From positions 28,894,001 to 28,958,000 of the forward strand of contig NC_086108.1 in NCBI RefSeq assembly GCF_963921235.1: a stretch of 64,000 nucleotides of DNA. The letters run 5' to 3'. The translations under genes were made by a program, and so were the position numbers. The DNA is from Mobula hypostoma. Lineage: Eukaryota. The notes beneath the pieces are model-generated. The model saw only the letters and a program-made list of their open reading frames with translations. It had not been told where the DNA came from and did no database searches. The stretch's first letter is position 1. Every line of letters begins with the position of its first letter. Of this stretch, positions 38,617 to 52,680 are shown in pieces.

Positions 38617-40134
38617 CAGTTGCAATAAAGAGTTTGTGAACCTTTTGCAATTACCTGGTTTTCTGCATTAATTATTCATAAAATGTGGTCTGATCTTCAT
38701 CTAAGTTACAATCGACAAGCACAATCTGCCTGAACTAGTAACACACAAACAATTCTACTTTTCATGTCTTTATTGAACACATTGTTTAATCATTCACAGT
38801 ACAGACGGGAAATCTTGCATTTAACAATTGGCAGAACCTCCTTTAGCAGCAATAACCTCCACCAAACATTTTCTCTAGCTGCTGATCGGACTTGTATAAT
38901 GGCGAGGATAAATTTTAGACTATTTCAGACTCCATACAAAACCATTCCAGTTAATCAATATTTCTGGGATACTTTGCAGGAACGGCCATCTTCAGGTCAT
39001 GCCACAGCATCTCAATTGGGTTAAGTTCTGGACTCTGACTTGGCAACTCCAAAGCACGAATTTTCTTCCTTCTAAAACCATTCTGTTGTTGATTCATTCA
39101 GGTGTTTCAGAACACTGTCATGTTGCATCATCCAACTTTTATCAAGCTTCAGGTGACAGACCACTGCCCTGACATTCTCCTTTAAAATGTCTTGATAGAA
39201 TTTTTAATTCATTGTTCCCTCAGCGATTGCAAGCTGATCTGGCCCTGAAGCACCAAACCATGATGCTCCTTCCACCATGCTTCACAACTGTGATGAGGTG
39301 TTAGTGTGCAGTGCCCTTTTTCCTCCAAACACAGTGGTGTGCATTTCTGCCAAAAAGTTCAACTCTTGTTTCATCTGTCCATAGAACATTGACCATTGAA
39401 CATTGTATTGTGAAACATCCAGGTGGCCTTTTGCAAACTCGGGACATGCACCGTTCTACAGTGGACACATGAACAGAGACTTTAGCAAGTTCTAGAGGTT
39501 TCTGCAGGTCTTCTGCTGTTACCCTTGTGTTCTTTTTCACCTCCTTCAGCATTGCATGTTGTACTCTTGGTGTGATCTTCGCAGGATGTCCTCTCCTAAG
39601 GAGAGTAACAACAGTACTGAATTTCCTCCATTTGTAGACTATTTCTCTTATAGTGGACTAATGAACATTTAGGTCTTTAGAAATGCTTTTGTCACATTTC
39701 CAGCTTCATGCATCTCTACAATTCTTCTTCTAAGGTCCTCTGAAAGCTGTTTTGATCAAGGTATGGTGCACATAAACAGATCTTTCTTGAGAAGAGCAGG
39801 CTCCATCAGTAACCTGACTTTGTGATTTTTTAATATAGGGCAGGTCACCTCTACAACCCACAAATCCAATGTCATCTCATTGATTGGTACACCTGGCTCC
39901 AAATAGCCTTTGTGTAGAAGGCATTACTTCAGAGGTTCACATACTTTTGAACCTAGACTGTGATTATTTAAATAGTGTACTCAGTAATGACGAGAAGTAC
40001 AGTTCTTTGTCTGTTATTAATTTAGGCAGATTGTGTGTGTCTATTATTGTGACTTAGATGATCAGACATTTTATGAGTAATTACTTCAGAAAACCAGGTA
40101 ATCGCAAAGGGTTCACAAACCCTTCTTGAAACTG
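38617..40134 (-). mobile_element. Tc1-family DNA transposon with long TIRs (about 190 bp) and a decayed transposase
   Basis: TA|CAGTTGCAA...TTGAAACTG|TA; VLWTDETRVELFG...VWRKKG in 39301..39552. Confidence 0.9.
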
Positions 40135-41386
40135 TATATGTACTTTGATAATGAAATTTACTTTGAATTTTCATCACAGGGATAACTGGTGAACTTCACA
40201 AAGCACACAGACTGAATGGTCTATGGCACTGTGAGGCAGTGGCTCGACTGGCTGCACCATTTTGTACTGAATCACTTATACATTCAGAGTAACACAAAGA
40301 GGAGCTGGAAGAGCTCAGCAAGTCAGGCAGTATCTATGGAAGGAAATGGACAGCCGCTGTTTTGCACTAAAATCCTCCATCAGGGCTGGATAGAAAGAGG
40401 GGAACTCCCTCTTGTGAGTATAAAAAGTTGGTGGGTGATAGGTGGATACAGGGTGGGGGGGTGGAATGATATGCAGATGAAGGAGGGGGAAGAATGGGAA
40501 TGAAGAAGTTAGGATATAGGTGCAGGAGGGAGGGGGGAGACAAGAGTGGGATAATAACTGATATCCTGTGTGTTGTTTCAGATTTCCTGCATCTGCAATC
40601 TCTTATGTCTCCAATTATTTCACTTCCGCAACTGTGACCCTGTGATCTCGTCCCTCTCTGACCCCCAACGTTTGTGATATGTCGGCCATTCTTTTAGCTA
40701 GGCAGCTAAATGCTAGGTTTTGGTCAATAAAGTCCATGTGAATTGCTTTTAGAGGATTTTGCCATATTAATTGTGCAACGTTGATGCAGACTATAAATGG
40801 ACTAAACTCATGAACTACTCACCACTCAGTGATCGTAAAAAACTGGAGCTCGGCAACTCAGATCATCAAACAGAAGATGATGATTCCAAACGGAACTATA
40901 ACGCAGTAACTAGACAGAAGAATGAGCAACTGAAAACAAAACCCATAAAGAAATAATTCATCTGGCTCAAAAACTCGGCTGACTACTCTCGAGCCTAAAT
41001 CTCGTGCCATAAGTGGTTACAACAGTTAAGGGTTCTTAAAACGTTTTCAACTACCCAATGTCTTCATTTGGCAACTTGACTCTAACTTACACATTAAATT
41101 ATTTCAAACCAATTCACTGATCCTGGCCATGTGACTGTTCAAAATGTAAAAGACACAACAGCTTTACGGTTCAGTAAATGATTTATTCAGATCTACTACA
41201 AAATCATATTTGTTATCATACATGTTTGTTAAAATATTTTAGGTCTGAAATGTACTGAAGGTTTTAACCATTCTGTACCACAATCATACATTTAAGAAGA
41301 AACTGAATTTTCAATATTTTTTTAAGATTTTAAAAAAAGCCAACTTCAAAACAGTTGGTTGCAGTGGCAAAAGATATAATTCTTTA

Positions 41387-41490
41387 ATTTAGTCCTGACG
41401 AAGGGTCTCAGCCTGAAACGTCGACTGCACCTCTTCCTAGAGATGCTGCCTGGCCTGCTGCGTTCACCAGCAACTTTTATGTGTGTTGCT
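41387..41490 (+). mobile_element. Solo Penelope pLTR arm of about 100 bp beginning at an intact hammerhead motif (41391-41426)
   Basis: AGTCCTGACGAAGGGTCTCAGCCTGAAACGTCGACT; possible TSD taattcttta/taaatcttta. Confidence 0.8.
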
Positions 41491-42577
41491 TAAATCTTTA
41501 GCCTCTACTATTTGAGAAGTCTGCTTCTTCAACCTGATACGTGATGTGGTATTGACGGGTTAAATCCCTCAGCAATTTTAAGGATTTAATAGGGCATGGT
41601 AACAAGCATGATTCTATAGTTCTTTCATCAGTGCACAGCTGAAGTTTTGAAAATATTCTGATTTTATATTTGAAAAGCCCCTATTCAGGCTGTAAATAGC
41701 AAAAGAAACCAAGTACTATCTTGTGATTTTAATCATGGTATTTTGAAGGGGGATGCACATTCTTAGTGTTATGAAGCTTGATGCCTTCAAGATTATTTAA
41801 CACTTGCCTTATCAAGGAACGAAAAGGATTTCAGGACAACTATCCAGCACTGGAGTATTCATCCAAGAGTAATCATACTCCAGCAGGGAGGCACTGCATA
41901 GACACAAGAATTAATACTTCCTCATGAATAGATGCTTCTATACCAAATTGTTACAGATTGAAAATAGACTGAGCTTTTTAACCTGGTCACTACTTAATGA
42001 AAGTAAAGTCTGAGGACAGTGAAGCAAAATAGAGATTTGGGAAAGATTTACATCGTGGTTTGGTCAAGGTCAGAGAGGGTGGGTGAAACAGTGGCTGTTT
42101 CGCTGTTGTTGCTTGGACTGTTCTGTTTCGTTGTGCTCTGCGCTGTTCTACCAAGCATTGTATGCTTTGTTGGCTCCAGAATGTGTGGTGACACTTGCCG
42201 GCTGCTCCCAACACACCCCTAGCAGTGCATTCTAGGCACCCACCACGGTTTAAAAAAACCTTCCTCTCTCACCTTAAATGCATGCTCTCTGGTATTAGAC
42301 ATTTCACCTCTGGGAAAAAGATACCACCCATCTACTCTATGTCTCAAAATTTTATCAGTTCATGATTCAGGGATCGATGGATATGGGTTTAAAATTTTGG
42401 GTAAATGAAGATAAACTTTCTGCGGAAAACAGCAGTTGATCTGGAACTTATTATCTGCAGGAATGATGGAAATAGAATCAATTTGCCCAAAGAAGAAACA
42501 GGGACCTGAGGGAGAATAACTTGTGGAGCCATTGGGGGTGGGGGGGGGGAGGAAGAGATGGACGAATATTCTTATAA

Positions 42578-43030
42578 TTCAAAGTTCAAAGAGAATTTAT
42601 TATCAAAGCACATACATGTATATGTAACCATAAACAACCCTGACATTAGCTTCCCTGTGACCATGCTCAGCAAACCTACAGAAAAGTAACTATAACAGGA
42701 TCAATGAAATGTCAACTAGAGTGCAGAAAACAACAAACTGTGCAAATGTAAATATAAATAAATAGCAATAAATAACGAGAACATGAAATAGCAAGATAGA
42801 GTCCTCAAAGTGAGATCACTGGTTGTGGGAACATCTCAATGGATGGTAGATGAGTGTAGTTATCCCCTTTGTTCAAGAACCTGATGGTTGTGGGGTTGCA
42901 ACTATTCCTGAACCGGGTGGTGCAAGTCCTGAGGCTCTTGGACCTTCTACCTGATGGCAGCAACAAGAAATGAGCATAGCCTGACTGGTGAAGAACTCTG
43001 ATGATGGATGCTGCTTTGCTACGATAGTAT
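42578..43030 (-). mobile_element. Rex1/Babar-type LINE 3' end
   Basis: LLLPSGRRSKSLRTCTTRFRNS in ORF 42805..43161; tail tttgataataaattctctttgaactttga. Confidence 0.75.
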
Positions 43031-43605
43031 TTAATACAAGCCAGCACAGACTTGACCTCATCTCCTCCTGAATCAAAAAGAAGCAAGGCTTTTGCTCTTT
43101 TTTTTTTATCCTCCCTCTTCCTCATGTGCAAGAGCACAGCTCCTTCACCCGACTTAATCACTATTTCTTAATGTTTGAGTCCTAGTGGGAGATATTGTGA
43201 GACTTTCTGATCTTGCACATACAATGCAACCCCAAACCAATCCTGAAAGCACTATCGAGAACATGAGTTGTAGAGTTCATAACTCTGAAACTGTTGTGGA
43301 ACAGTTATTACCCCTCACCAACAGGCTTCTTGAAGCAGAGGGGATAACTTCACTCAACTTCGCTCACCCCGACACTTAACTGTTCCACAACAGTTTCAGA
43401 GTTATGGACTCTACAACTCATGTTCTCGATAGTTATTGCTTATTTGTTCATTATTATTCATTTATTCTTTTAGTATTTGTACAATTTGTTGTATTTTGCA
43501 CACAGGTTGTTGTCCACCTTTATACTATGAAATTTTTCGTTGATTCCATTGTCGTTTTATTGTATTTATTTTGAATGCAAAGAAATGAATCACAGGTTGT
43601 AGATG

Positions 43606-44979
43606 GCCTGTGAGTTTGACGTCAGTGGTGGGTAAATTGATGGAAAGTATTCTTAGAGATGGTATATATAATTATCTGGATAGACAGGGTCTGATTAGGA
43701 ACAGTCAACATGGATTTGTGCGTGGAAGGTCATGTTTGACAAATCTTATCGAATTTTTTGAAGAGGTTACTAGGAAAGTTGCGAGTGTAAAGCGGTGGAT
43801 GTTGTCTGCATGGACTTCAGTAAGGCCTTTGACAAGGTTCCACATGGAAGGTTAATTAGGAAGGTTCAATTGTTAGGTATTAATATTGAAGTAGTAAAAT
43901 GGATTCAGCAGTGGCTGGATGGGAGACGCCAGAGAGCAGTGGTGGATAACTGTTTGTCAGATTGGAGGCCAGTGACTAGTGGTGTGCCTCAGGGATCTGT
44001 ACTGGGTCCAATGTTGTTTGTCAAATACATTAATGATCTGGATGATGGGGTGGTAAATTGGATTTATAGGTATGCAGATGATACTAAGATAGGTGGCGTT
44101 GTGGATAATGATGTGGGTTTTCAAAGCTCGCAGAAGTTTAGGCCAGTTAGAAGAGTGGGCTGAAAGATGGCAGATGGAGTTTAATGCTGATAAATGTGAG
44201 GTGCTACGTTTTGGTAGGACTAATCAAAATAGGACATGCATGGTAAATGGTAGGGCATTGAAGAATGCAGTAGAACAGAGGGATCTAGGAATAATGGTGC
44301 ATAGTTCCCTGAAGGTGGAATCTCATGTGGATAGGGTGGTGAAGAAAGCTTTTGGTATGCTGGCCTTTATTAATCAGAGCATTGAGTATTGGAGTTGGGA
44401 TGTAATGTTAAAATTGTACAAGGCATTGGCAAGGCCAAATCTGGAGTATTGTGTACAGTTCTGGTCACCGAATTATAGGAAAGATGTCAACAAAATAGAG
44501 AGATTACAGAGAAGATTTACTAGAATGTTACCTGGATTTCATCACCTAAGTTACAGAGAAAGGTTGAACAAGTTGGGTCTTTATTCTATGGAGCGTAGAA
44601 GGTTGAGGGGGGACTTGATAGAGGGATTTAAAATTATGAGCGGGATACATAGAGTTGACGTGGATAGGGTTTTTCCATTGAGAGTAGGGGAGATTCAAAC
44701 AAGAGGACATGAGTTGAGAGATAGGGGGCAAAAGTTTAGGGGTAATATGAGGGGGAACTTCTTTACTCAGAGAGTGGTAGCTGTGTGGAACGAGCTTCCA
44801 GCAGAAGTGGTAGAGGCAGGTTCGATATTGTCATTTAAAGTAAAGTTGGATAGCTATATGGACAGGAAAGGAATGAAGGGTTATGGGCTGAGTGCAGGTC
44901 GGTGGGACTAGGTGAGAGTAAGCGTTCGGCATGGACTAAAAGGGCCGAGATGTTCTGTTTCTGTTATATGGTTATATGG
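43606..44979 (+). mobile_element. Young 5'-truncated CR1 LINE (RT to 3' end), one frameshift near 44130
   Basis: ORFs 43610..43855, 43795..44163 and 44093..44911 contain QHGF, DFSKAFDKVPH, GVPQGSVLGP, YADDTK and LEYCVQFWSP; (ttatatgg)n tail. A second frame change lies near 43790. Confidence 0.92.
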
Positions 44980-47868
44980 GTACTTTGATAATAAATTTTC
45001 TTTGAACTTTGAAACTTGAGATTCATCTTCTCGCAGGAAACCACAAAACAAAGAAATGCAATAGAATCCATGAAAAACCACACACAAAAACCAACAAACA
45101 TTGTATGTGCAAAAGAAGACAAATCACACAACAGAAAAAGGTAAACAAATAACACATTGAACATGAGCTGGAGCGTCCCTGAAAGTGAGTCACAGCTACA
45201 GTAGTCAGTTCGGCACTGAAGCACAAGGCCCAATGGCTGCAGGGCAACAACTGGCGACACAGGACCCATGATTCCTACACTCCCCCACGCGCCCCCCCCA
45301 ATGGTAGTATGGTCGTAGCAGTAAGAGCGGGAAATGGGTCAAACGCAGGCAGACACCACTGAACAATGGTTCGTTTTCTGCTTTCAGGCCCTTTAATCTG
45401 GTGTGAAGTCCACCCCAGCAATGACCACTCCTCATCTTCAAGGTGCTGCACCTAAATTCCCGAAGTCAAGCCAAATCCTTCAGATTATAAAATCGCTGGT
45501 TCGTTAGACAGTTCAGAAGAATATTTAGTAGGTCATCTAGTAGTTGTGTGAACTGCCCACAAAACGCTGTACTGTATATCACGAGCGACATCTTGCATGC
45601 CACAGGACTGCTCCATGCAAATTGTATCATTTAGGCACACAAATTCATGGCCTTTAATTGTCCCAGCTCAGCAGGATGCATTTGCTTAAAATCATCAGCC
45701 AACATCAATAAATGTCCATTTCGTCCACAGATCAATGAAAAAAATTTCACTGTTGATAATCAGAATTCATATTAACAAACTGACCATCACCCAAATCTTT
45801 TAAAATAGAGCCTGAGGTCATATTTATGCTTTTCAATTACTGCTTACAAATGTGGCACAAATGGGATCAACAATTTAAAGGAGGTGAAACGATACTTACC
45901 TATTTTTCCAATAGGTGACTATGTAAAGTCTACTTTTCTGATACTGCCTGTCCCATATTCTAAGCATTGTGTAAGCTGAAAATTCGCAATGGTAAATGTT
46001 AAAATACCAAAAGTAAACATCCATGTTTGTGTCAATATTGTTAAAAATACTCAAAACTGCATGTAGTCTAAACACTTTTTCCCTCCAAGGACAATATTGG
46101 ATAATATATTTATCTCATGTAATCATGAAACACAGAAAGGCTATTCAACCCACTGAGCCACACCAGCGCTAATTAGTCCAACTAAGAATTTTCCTTCCAA
46201 GTATCCACATTTTTTCCCCTGAAAGTAGTTACTGACGTCACTCCTACAGCCTGCTACTGCAATTAAAAACCAACTTGTTTCCTCACTGGTAATTATGCTG
46301 ATTATATTATAATTCCAAAGACAACTGTTCTACTGCTGAGAACAGTTTCACCTTACTTCTTGAAAAAACTTTGAACACATCTGTTAAATACATTTGCTCT
46401 CCTTTCTCTACTCTCTCCACATAAAAGTAGTTTCTCACTCAAGATAGTTCCAGTGAGTAAGCCTTCCAAATCCTCAACATCCCTCCAAAAATATGATGAG
46501 GTCAGCACCAACACTCCCTCTAATTTTTTTTTACAGCTGTGCAGACTAACTATTGCTCTGAGCAGGAATATTTTTTTTTAAAAACATGGCCTGAAAACTG
46601 CACGGCACATTATATAAAAGAAAATTCTAGCTGTGCGGCAACAAAGGCTATGTGCGCGGGTGCATTTCAGTTACAGTGCGGCCACACACCCACGCAGCTT
46701 AGAGTGAACAGTAGTCAGCACCCAAACCTAACCAGTGATTTACAGATTGATTAATACAGCTTTCTGCTTTTGTACTCTACCAGTTTATTAAGCCAAGTCA
46801 GTAAGATGTATTTTGTTTAGGAAAAAAAGCACTTTACAGACTTGTATTAATACTTAAAAATATCTGTTATCTATTCACCAGGTTTCACTATTGCACTGAA
46901 TTTAAGTTGTGACATGCATGCATTTCCTTCTGGGAATAAAGGATAGTGATAATAAGGGAAAGTGGAATAAGTAAACTTGTGCAATTGTATTTAGCTCTAA
47001 CCACCCTGAAATCCCTGATGGAGGACACGTCTTTTCAAGTACAACTCTGATCCCAGTCTTGACAACCTGAAGTTTTGGAAAGGGGAACTAAAACCGCAAC
47101 AAGCCCCAACTGGAATATCCTGATAACAAGTTGAGTGCAGTAAAAGAAATGCTTAAATAAAACACTGATCTATATTTTTGATCTAAGCACTATGATACTA
47201 TCTTCCACACCTTATAGCCTATGTTAACATCCTCTGTAAGTCAATAACACTCAATAACAAGGGTTCAAACACAATGGCCTACTGGTGCAGGTAGGGTGTG
47301 CAGCCACATTCCAGAAAGGAGGTAAGGTTGTTAAAGGACTCACAGGCATTAAAAACCTGCACCCTGAGTGAGCTTTTCAACCTTCCTGGCCTGCTCTTCA
47401 CCCAAATCTATTATAGGAATGGGAAAAGTAAACACTCACTTACACAGCAGTGTTCATTATCTCAAAATGCCCTTAAGCCCTTCAACAATCAATGAGTTGT
47501 TTTTACTTTGCAGTCACTGTTGTGATATAGGGATCATTACAATTCACTTTTCCACCATTTCAAAGGTCTCAACTCGAGGGCCAATGAAGCAACTTATAGT
47601 GTTCCCTCAACATTAGAAGGTAATTCAGCACCTTAAACCTCGTCCAACATTTAAACAATAATAGTTGATATGGCTCTCAACTCTGCACCCTTGCCTATGT
47701 TCACAGGCTACCACAAAACACCTCAAAGACGTTTCCTCTCTTTCAAGAGCAATTATGGGAAACTCTGTTGGGAACGACAGAGGCTTTGGGAAGCTTGCAT
47801 TAGAGTTTCATTAGAATAGTTCCAGGGATGTTGTGAGACTGCAGAAATTGGAACGTCTCTTTGAAAAG

Positions 47869-48027
47869 CAACACACATCAGAGTTGCTGGTGAAGGACTG
47901 ACGAAGGGTCTTGGCCTGAAACGTCGACTGTACCTCTTCCTAGAGATGCTGCCTGGCCTGCTGCATTCACCAGCAACTTTGATGTGTGTTGCTTGAATTT
48001 CCAGCATCTGCAGAATTCCTGCCGTTT
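47869..48027 (+). mobile_element. Penelope-derived fold-back element; hammerhead core at 47898-47929 lacks its helix I 5' strand
   Basis: Perfect 14-bp TSD gtctctttgaaaag at 47855-68 and 48028-41. Confidence 0.85.
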
Positions 48028-48904
48028 GTCTCTTTGAAAAGGTGGTTTAAAAAAGTATTTAGAGGCGTGCAAATTATGAACTGGTTTGAGTAAATACAGA
48101 GAAACTGCTCCAAGTAGAGTTGCAACATACGTAGTTGGGGCAAAAGAAACAGTTTGAATGGAAACATTCAAAAGGAAATTGGACAAATACATGACAGGTA
48201 AACATTTACTGGGCTTTGGAGAAAGAGTCGGGGTATTGATTGGCCCCAAAACAGGCAAAACAGGCTGAATGCCTCCATTTGTGCTGTAACAGTCAACAAA
48301 TCCAAGCCTTAATCCAATTCCCTTTTAAAAGACGCTATTGAACCAACTTCCATCACCTACTCTATAGGCTGCATTTTAAATTTTTTAGAAGTACGAATAC
48401 CTTCCCCTTCTCCCCACAAGATACTGCAGGAAGCAATATACTTTACAAAATAAACCACTGGACAAATTCACCCAAAAACCTTTCTAGATGTCCGACATGC
48501 TTTGATTTCAATAATTCAATCATATTGCAATTAACTTATCCTTGCAGTCTACACACATTCAGTTGGTGTATTTTTGTGCAGTAAGAAAGAGATCAAACAA
48601 GTAATTTCAGTTTAAATAAAAGCAAGGGCCTAGACATAACATTATTTGTCCATTTAGCAAATTGCCAAAAGAACAAAACGGTAAACATGCAGACATAACC
48701 TTCATGGCTTTTGCTCCAGTATGAACTTGAGTAATTAGGGAAAAAAACTAACACATTAACAGCTGCTGGATAAGATAGACATGTACAAGACTACCAATTC
48801 TGTAAACAGGCAAATTGTAAGTAAACCGTGACTGACAATACCCAGAGTATTGAAACTGCCAATGCTAACTTGCTCCTACAATAATTACTTGAGAAGGAAC
48901 CAAC

Positions 48905-49186
48905 ATGGTAGCACAATATTTAGCACGCTTTACAGTATCAGTGACCCAGGTTCAACTGAGTGTCTGTCTGTAAGGAGTTTGCCCGTGACAGCATGGCTTT
49001 CTTCCAGGTGCTCCAGTTTCCACTGCCCCTCCACCACCACAGCCCATAGACGTACCGGTTGGTAGGGTAATTGGTCATCGTAAACTGTCCCATGATTAGG
49101 CTAGGATTAGATCAGGGGATTGCTGGGCAGCATGGCTCGAAGGGCTGAAAGGGCCTTTTTCCACACTATCTCAATAAACTAATAAA
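48905..49186 (+). mobile_element. V-SINE
   Basis: Matches 31130-31410 in reverse orientation. Confidence 0.8.
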
Positions 49187-50890
49187 TATATCATAAAGGG
49201 AAAAATAGACATGGAAGATGAGGCGTGGTCCAAATGTGCTGACAGCTGGAAGAGATGTTAATACGGGCATCACCATTCACAATTTGTAACTTTAATTTGG
49301 GCATCATTTCAATATGAAGGAAACTCAACTGCTTCAAATGCAATGTGGTGAAGGAGAAATGGATGAGTATTTCCAACATAACAACACACTCAGAGACTTC
49401 GGGCCATAAAGAACCACTGGAGAAGCATCAAAGGAAGAGCACTTTGAACAAGTAGCTGATATACAGTATATAGTTGTGAAAGAAAATGGTATACCTGTGA
49501 GGGAAGCATATATACTGTTGGCTTAGTAGTACAAAGGACTGATCTAATATGGCATCAATAACAAGCATTTATACAGAATCTTTACTGCAATGAAACAGCT
49601 CAAGGCACTTAACATAAACACTATTACACAAAGCCAACTTACTGAAGAAACTGGGCTAATTGGGACTAGGCACACAGCCCTCTCTGTCCCAATATCCTCC
49701 AACTTACCCAGGAGTCAAGTAACAAGATCGAAACAGCAGCTTGACTATAGGTGATGCAATGCAGAGGCAAATCTTGAGAGCAGGGCTCTGCATTCTGTCA
49801 AAGTTATCAACAAATTTTAAAACTTTTTTAAAAACTTAGACATTTGTTGATGATGAAGAGTGACAACATTAAAGGAGCTATCACAACACTGGATTGTACT
49901 ATAAAATCTTTAAACAATCCATGTGAGAATCCTAGAAAACAAGAAGGCAGTTATAGTTGAAGACTTCATTTGTCCTAATATTAACTAGGATCCAGCGAGT
50001 TTAAACAGCGTAGAGATTGCAGAATTCCTAAACTGCAGGCATTATGCCCATAAAGAGGAGGATATGGGCAGTTCTGGATTTACTTCAGAATAAAGCTGGG
50101 GAGGGAGAAGGATAGTCTCTTTTTTTTGTGGCAGTTAAAAATTATTAAATTTTTGCACTTTATATTGCGTCTGTGTGTGTAAGCAGTGATATTAACCCAA
50201 TTTTGAAAATTCAGTTCCATTTAATATGGTTGTGGAAAAAGACTCTAGATGAAGGTGTAATGGTACAAACATAAGGCAAAGGCAATTTTACTTCAGTAAT
50301 GTGATTTAGCTAAAATAGCAAGAGCCAAGAAAGTATTGCTGATGCTGGAAATATGAAATAAATTTAAAAAAATACTGGAAATATTGAGGGTGTCAGGAAG
50401 AGAAATATTTAACATTTTAGATTTGAAGAACCATTGTCAAAAATGCAACAAGTACTTCAAAGCAAATGCGTCCACCAGCAATGGGAGGTACTGAATGAGG
50501 AGTTTCAGAGTGGGACCGCAAAATCCATAACCAACCCTATGATGACAAGCACACAGCACATAATCTTCTGTTTTGCCTTGCATCAGATACCATGAGCTTA
50601 ATACAGTGGAAAGCAGGAATGGAATGAAAAGGGAGATGTTGAAAAGCAAGTAAAGGATATACAAAACAACAATGACATGCAAAAATCTAAGAAAATCAAA
50701 AGACGTTTGACAGTTACATAAGGATAATAGGAAAACTAAGGAAGAAGAAAGGCTAACAAAATGCAAATGATTTGAGTCATACTTTTCCCAGGCCTTCATT
50801 GAAGAATGGTGCAACGCTTGATGTTCCTGTTAAAGGGAAGAAGCTATTGATGAGACAAACAAAGTGTAAGGTATGGAGAGGTTCATCATC

Positions 50891-51538
50891 TTGTGCCTAT
50901 AAAAAGTATTCACTCCCCCCAGGCATTTTCATGCTCTATTCTTTTACAACATTGAATCACAGTGGATTTTAATTACAGATAGAAAATACAAAATAATTGA
51001 TTGCATAAGTATTCACCCCCTTTAATATGACACACCAAATCATCACTGGTGCAGCCAATTGGACTCATGAGGAAGAGCACCAACAGACCTATGACAACTC
51101 TGGAGAAGTTACAAGCTTCAGTGGCTGAGATGGGAGAGACTGCGCATACAACAACTTTTGCCCAGAATTGGAGGCTGGACTTGAAAAGGACTGTTCACTC
51201 ATAATCCCCATGTAATCTAGGAGTTTGAGCAGCTTTGTAAAGAAGAATGGGAAAAATTGCAGGGTCCAGATGTACAAAGCTGATAAAGACCTATCCACAG
51301 ACTTGTCTGTAATTGCTGCCAAAGGTGCATCCACTAATTACTGACCAAGGGATACCTATGTAATCAAATATTTGTAATTAATTTAGATCACTTTTTAGAG
51401 ATCCGTTTTCACTTTGACACAAAAAACTCTTTCTGTTGACAGTGTCAGAAAAGCCAAATTAAATCCATTGCAATTCAATGTTGTAAAACAATAAAATATG
51501 AAACTTCCAAGGGGTGTGAATACTTTTTTTAGGCACTG
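50891..51538 (+). mobile_element. Non-autonomous Tc1-type element
   Basis: TIRs gtgcctataaaaagtattcac...acaacattgaat / attcaatgttgt...gtgaatactttttttaggcactg; transposase scraps inside. Confidence 0.75.
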
Positions 51539-51879
51539 TCACTATGGTAAGTGAAGTTGGACTGAGGTGAAGACAGGAGAAAAGAAGAAATAAAGCAAGT
51601 AACTTATAAGATTAATAGTGGGAGCTTTCAAATGAGCAAAATCCATTAACTTTCATATTGGTAGGGTAGAAAAAAATATGACCAATCAGCTTGTTTGCTG
51701 AAGTCAAAATAAACTAAAAGAGAGAATTATGAAATCACTCAGCAGGTCAGGTAGCATCTGTGGAAAGAAAAATCAATTAATGTTTTAAAAGAAAGAAGCA
51801 AGAAGATATGTTTGCTCCGTTCGCAGTTGCTATCTGGCCTACTGAATGTTTACAATATTTTCCATTTACAGTTTAACAC

Positions 51880-52680
51880 ATGTGTAAACTGGATCAACAA
51901 ATTTGCAGATGACACCAAGATGGGGGTATAGTGGACACCAAGGAAGACGTGCAGCGGGATCTGGACCAGCTGTAAAAATGGGCTGAAAAATATCAAATGG
52001 AATTAATGCAGACAAGTGCGAGGTGTTGCACTTTGACAGGACTACCCAGGATAGGTCTTACATGGCAAGAGGCAGGGCACTGAGAAGAGTGGTAGAACAG
52101 AGGGATCTGGGAATATAGATCCATAGTTCCTTGAAAGTGGTGTCACAGGTAGATGGGGTCGTAAAGAAAGCTTTTAACACATTGGTTTTTATAAAATCAA
52201 TGTACAGGAGTTGAAATTGTATCAGACCTAATTTGAAATATTGCGTGGAGTTTTGGTCTCCTACCTAAGAAAGATATAAATTAGACTAAAAGAGTGCAAA
52301 GAAAATATACAAATTTGTTGCAGGGACTGAAGGAGGACTTGAGTTGTAGCGGGTTCAATAGGTCCCTGGAATGTAGAAAAATGAGGGGAGATAGAGGTAC
52401 AGTATACAAAATTATGAGGAGTATAGATAGGATAAAGGCAAGGTTTTTTCTACTGAGGTTGGATTGGACTACAACTCAGAGGCTGGTCCGAGTGTGGAAT
52501 GAGCTGCCAGTGGAAGTGTTGGATGTGGGTTTGATTCCAACAAGAGAGAAATTTGGATAGGTACATGGATGGGAGGGGCATGGAGGTCTATGGTCCAGGT
52601 GTAGGTCAATGAAACTTGGCATGGACTAGATTGGCAGAAGGGTCTGCTCTGTTCTGTCATGTTCTATGACTTTATAACTA
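51880..52680 (+). mobile_element. Degenerate CR1 3' part
   Basis: tttgcagatgacaccaagat (FADDTK), aatgcagacaagtgcgaggtg and gtgtggaatgagctgcca; ttctatg tail. Confidence 0.8.
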
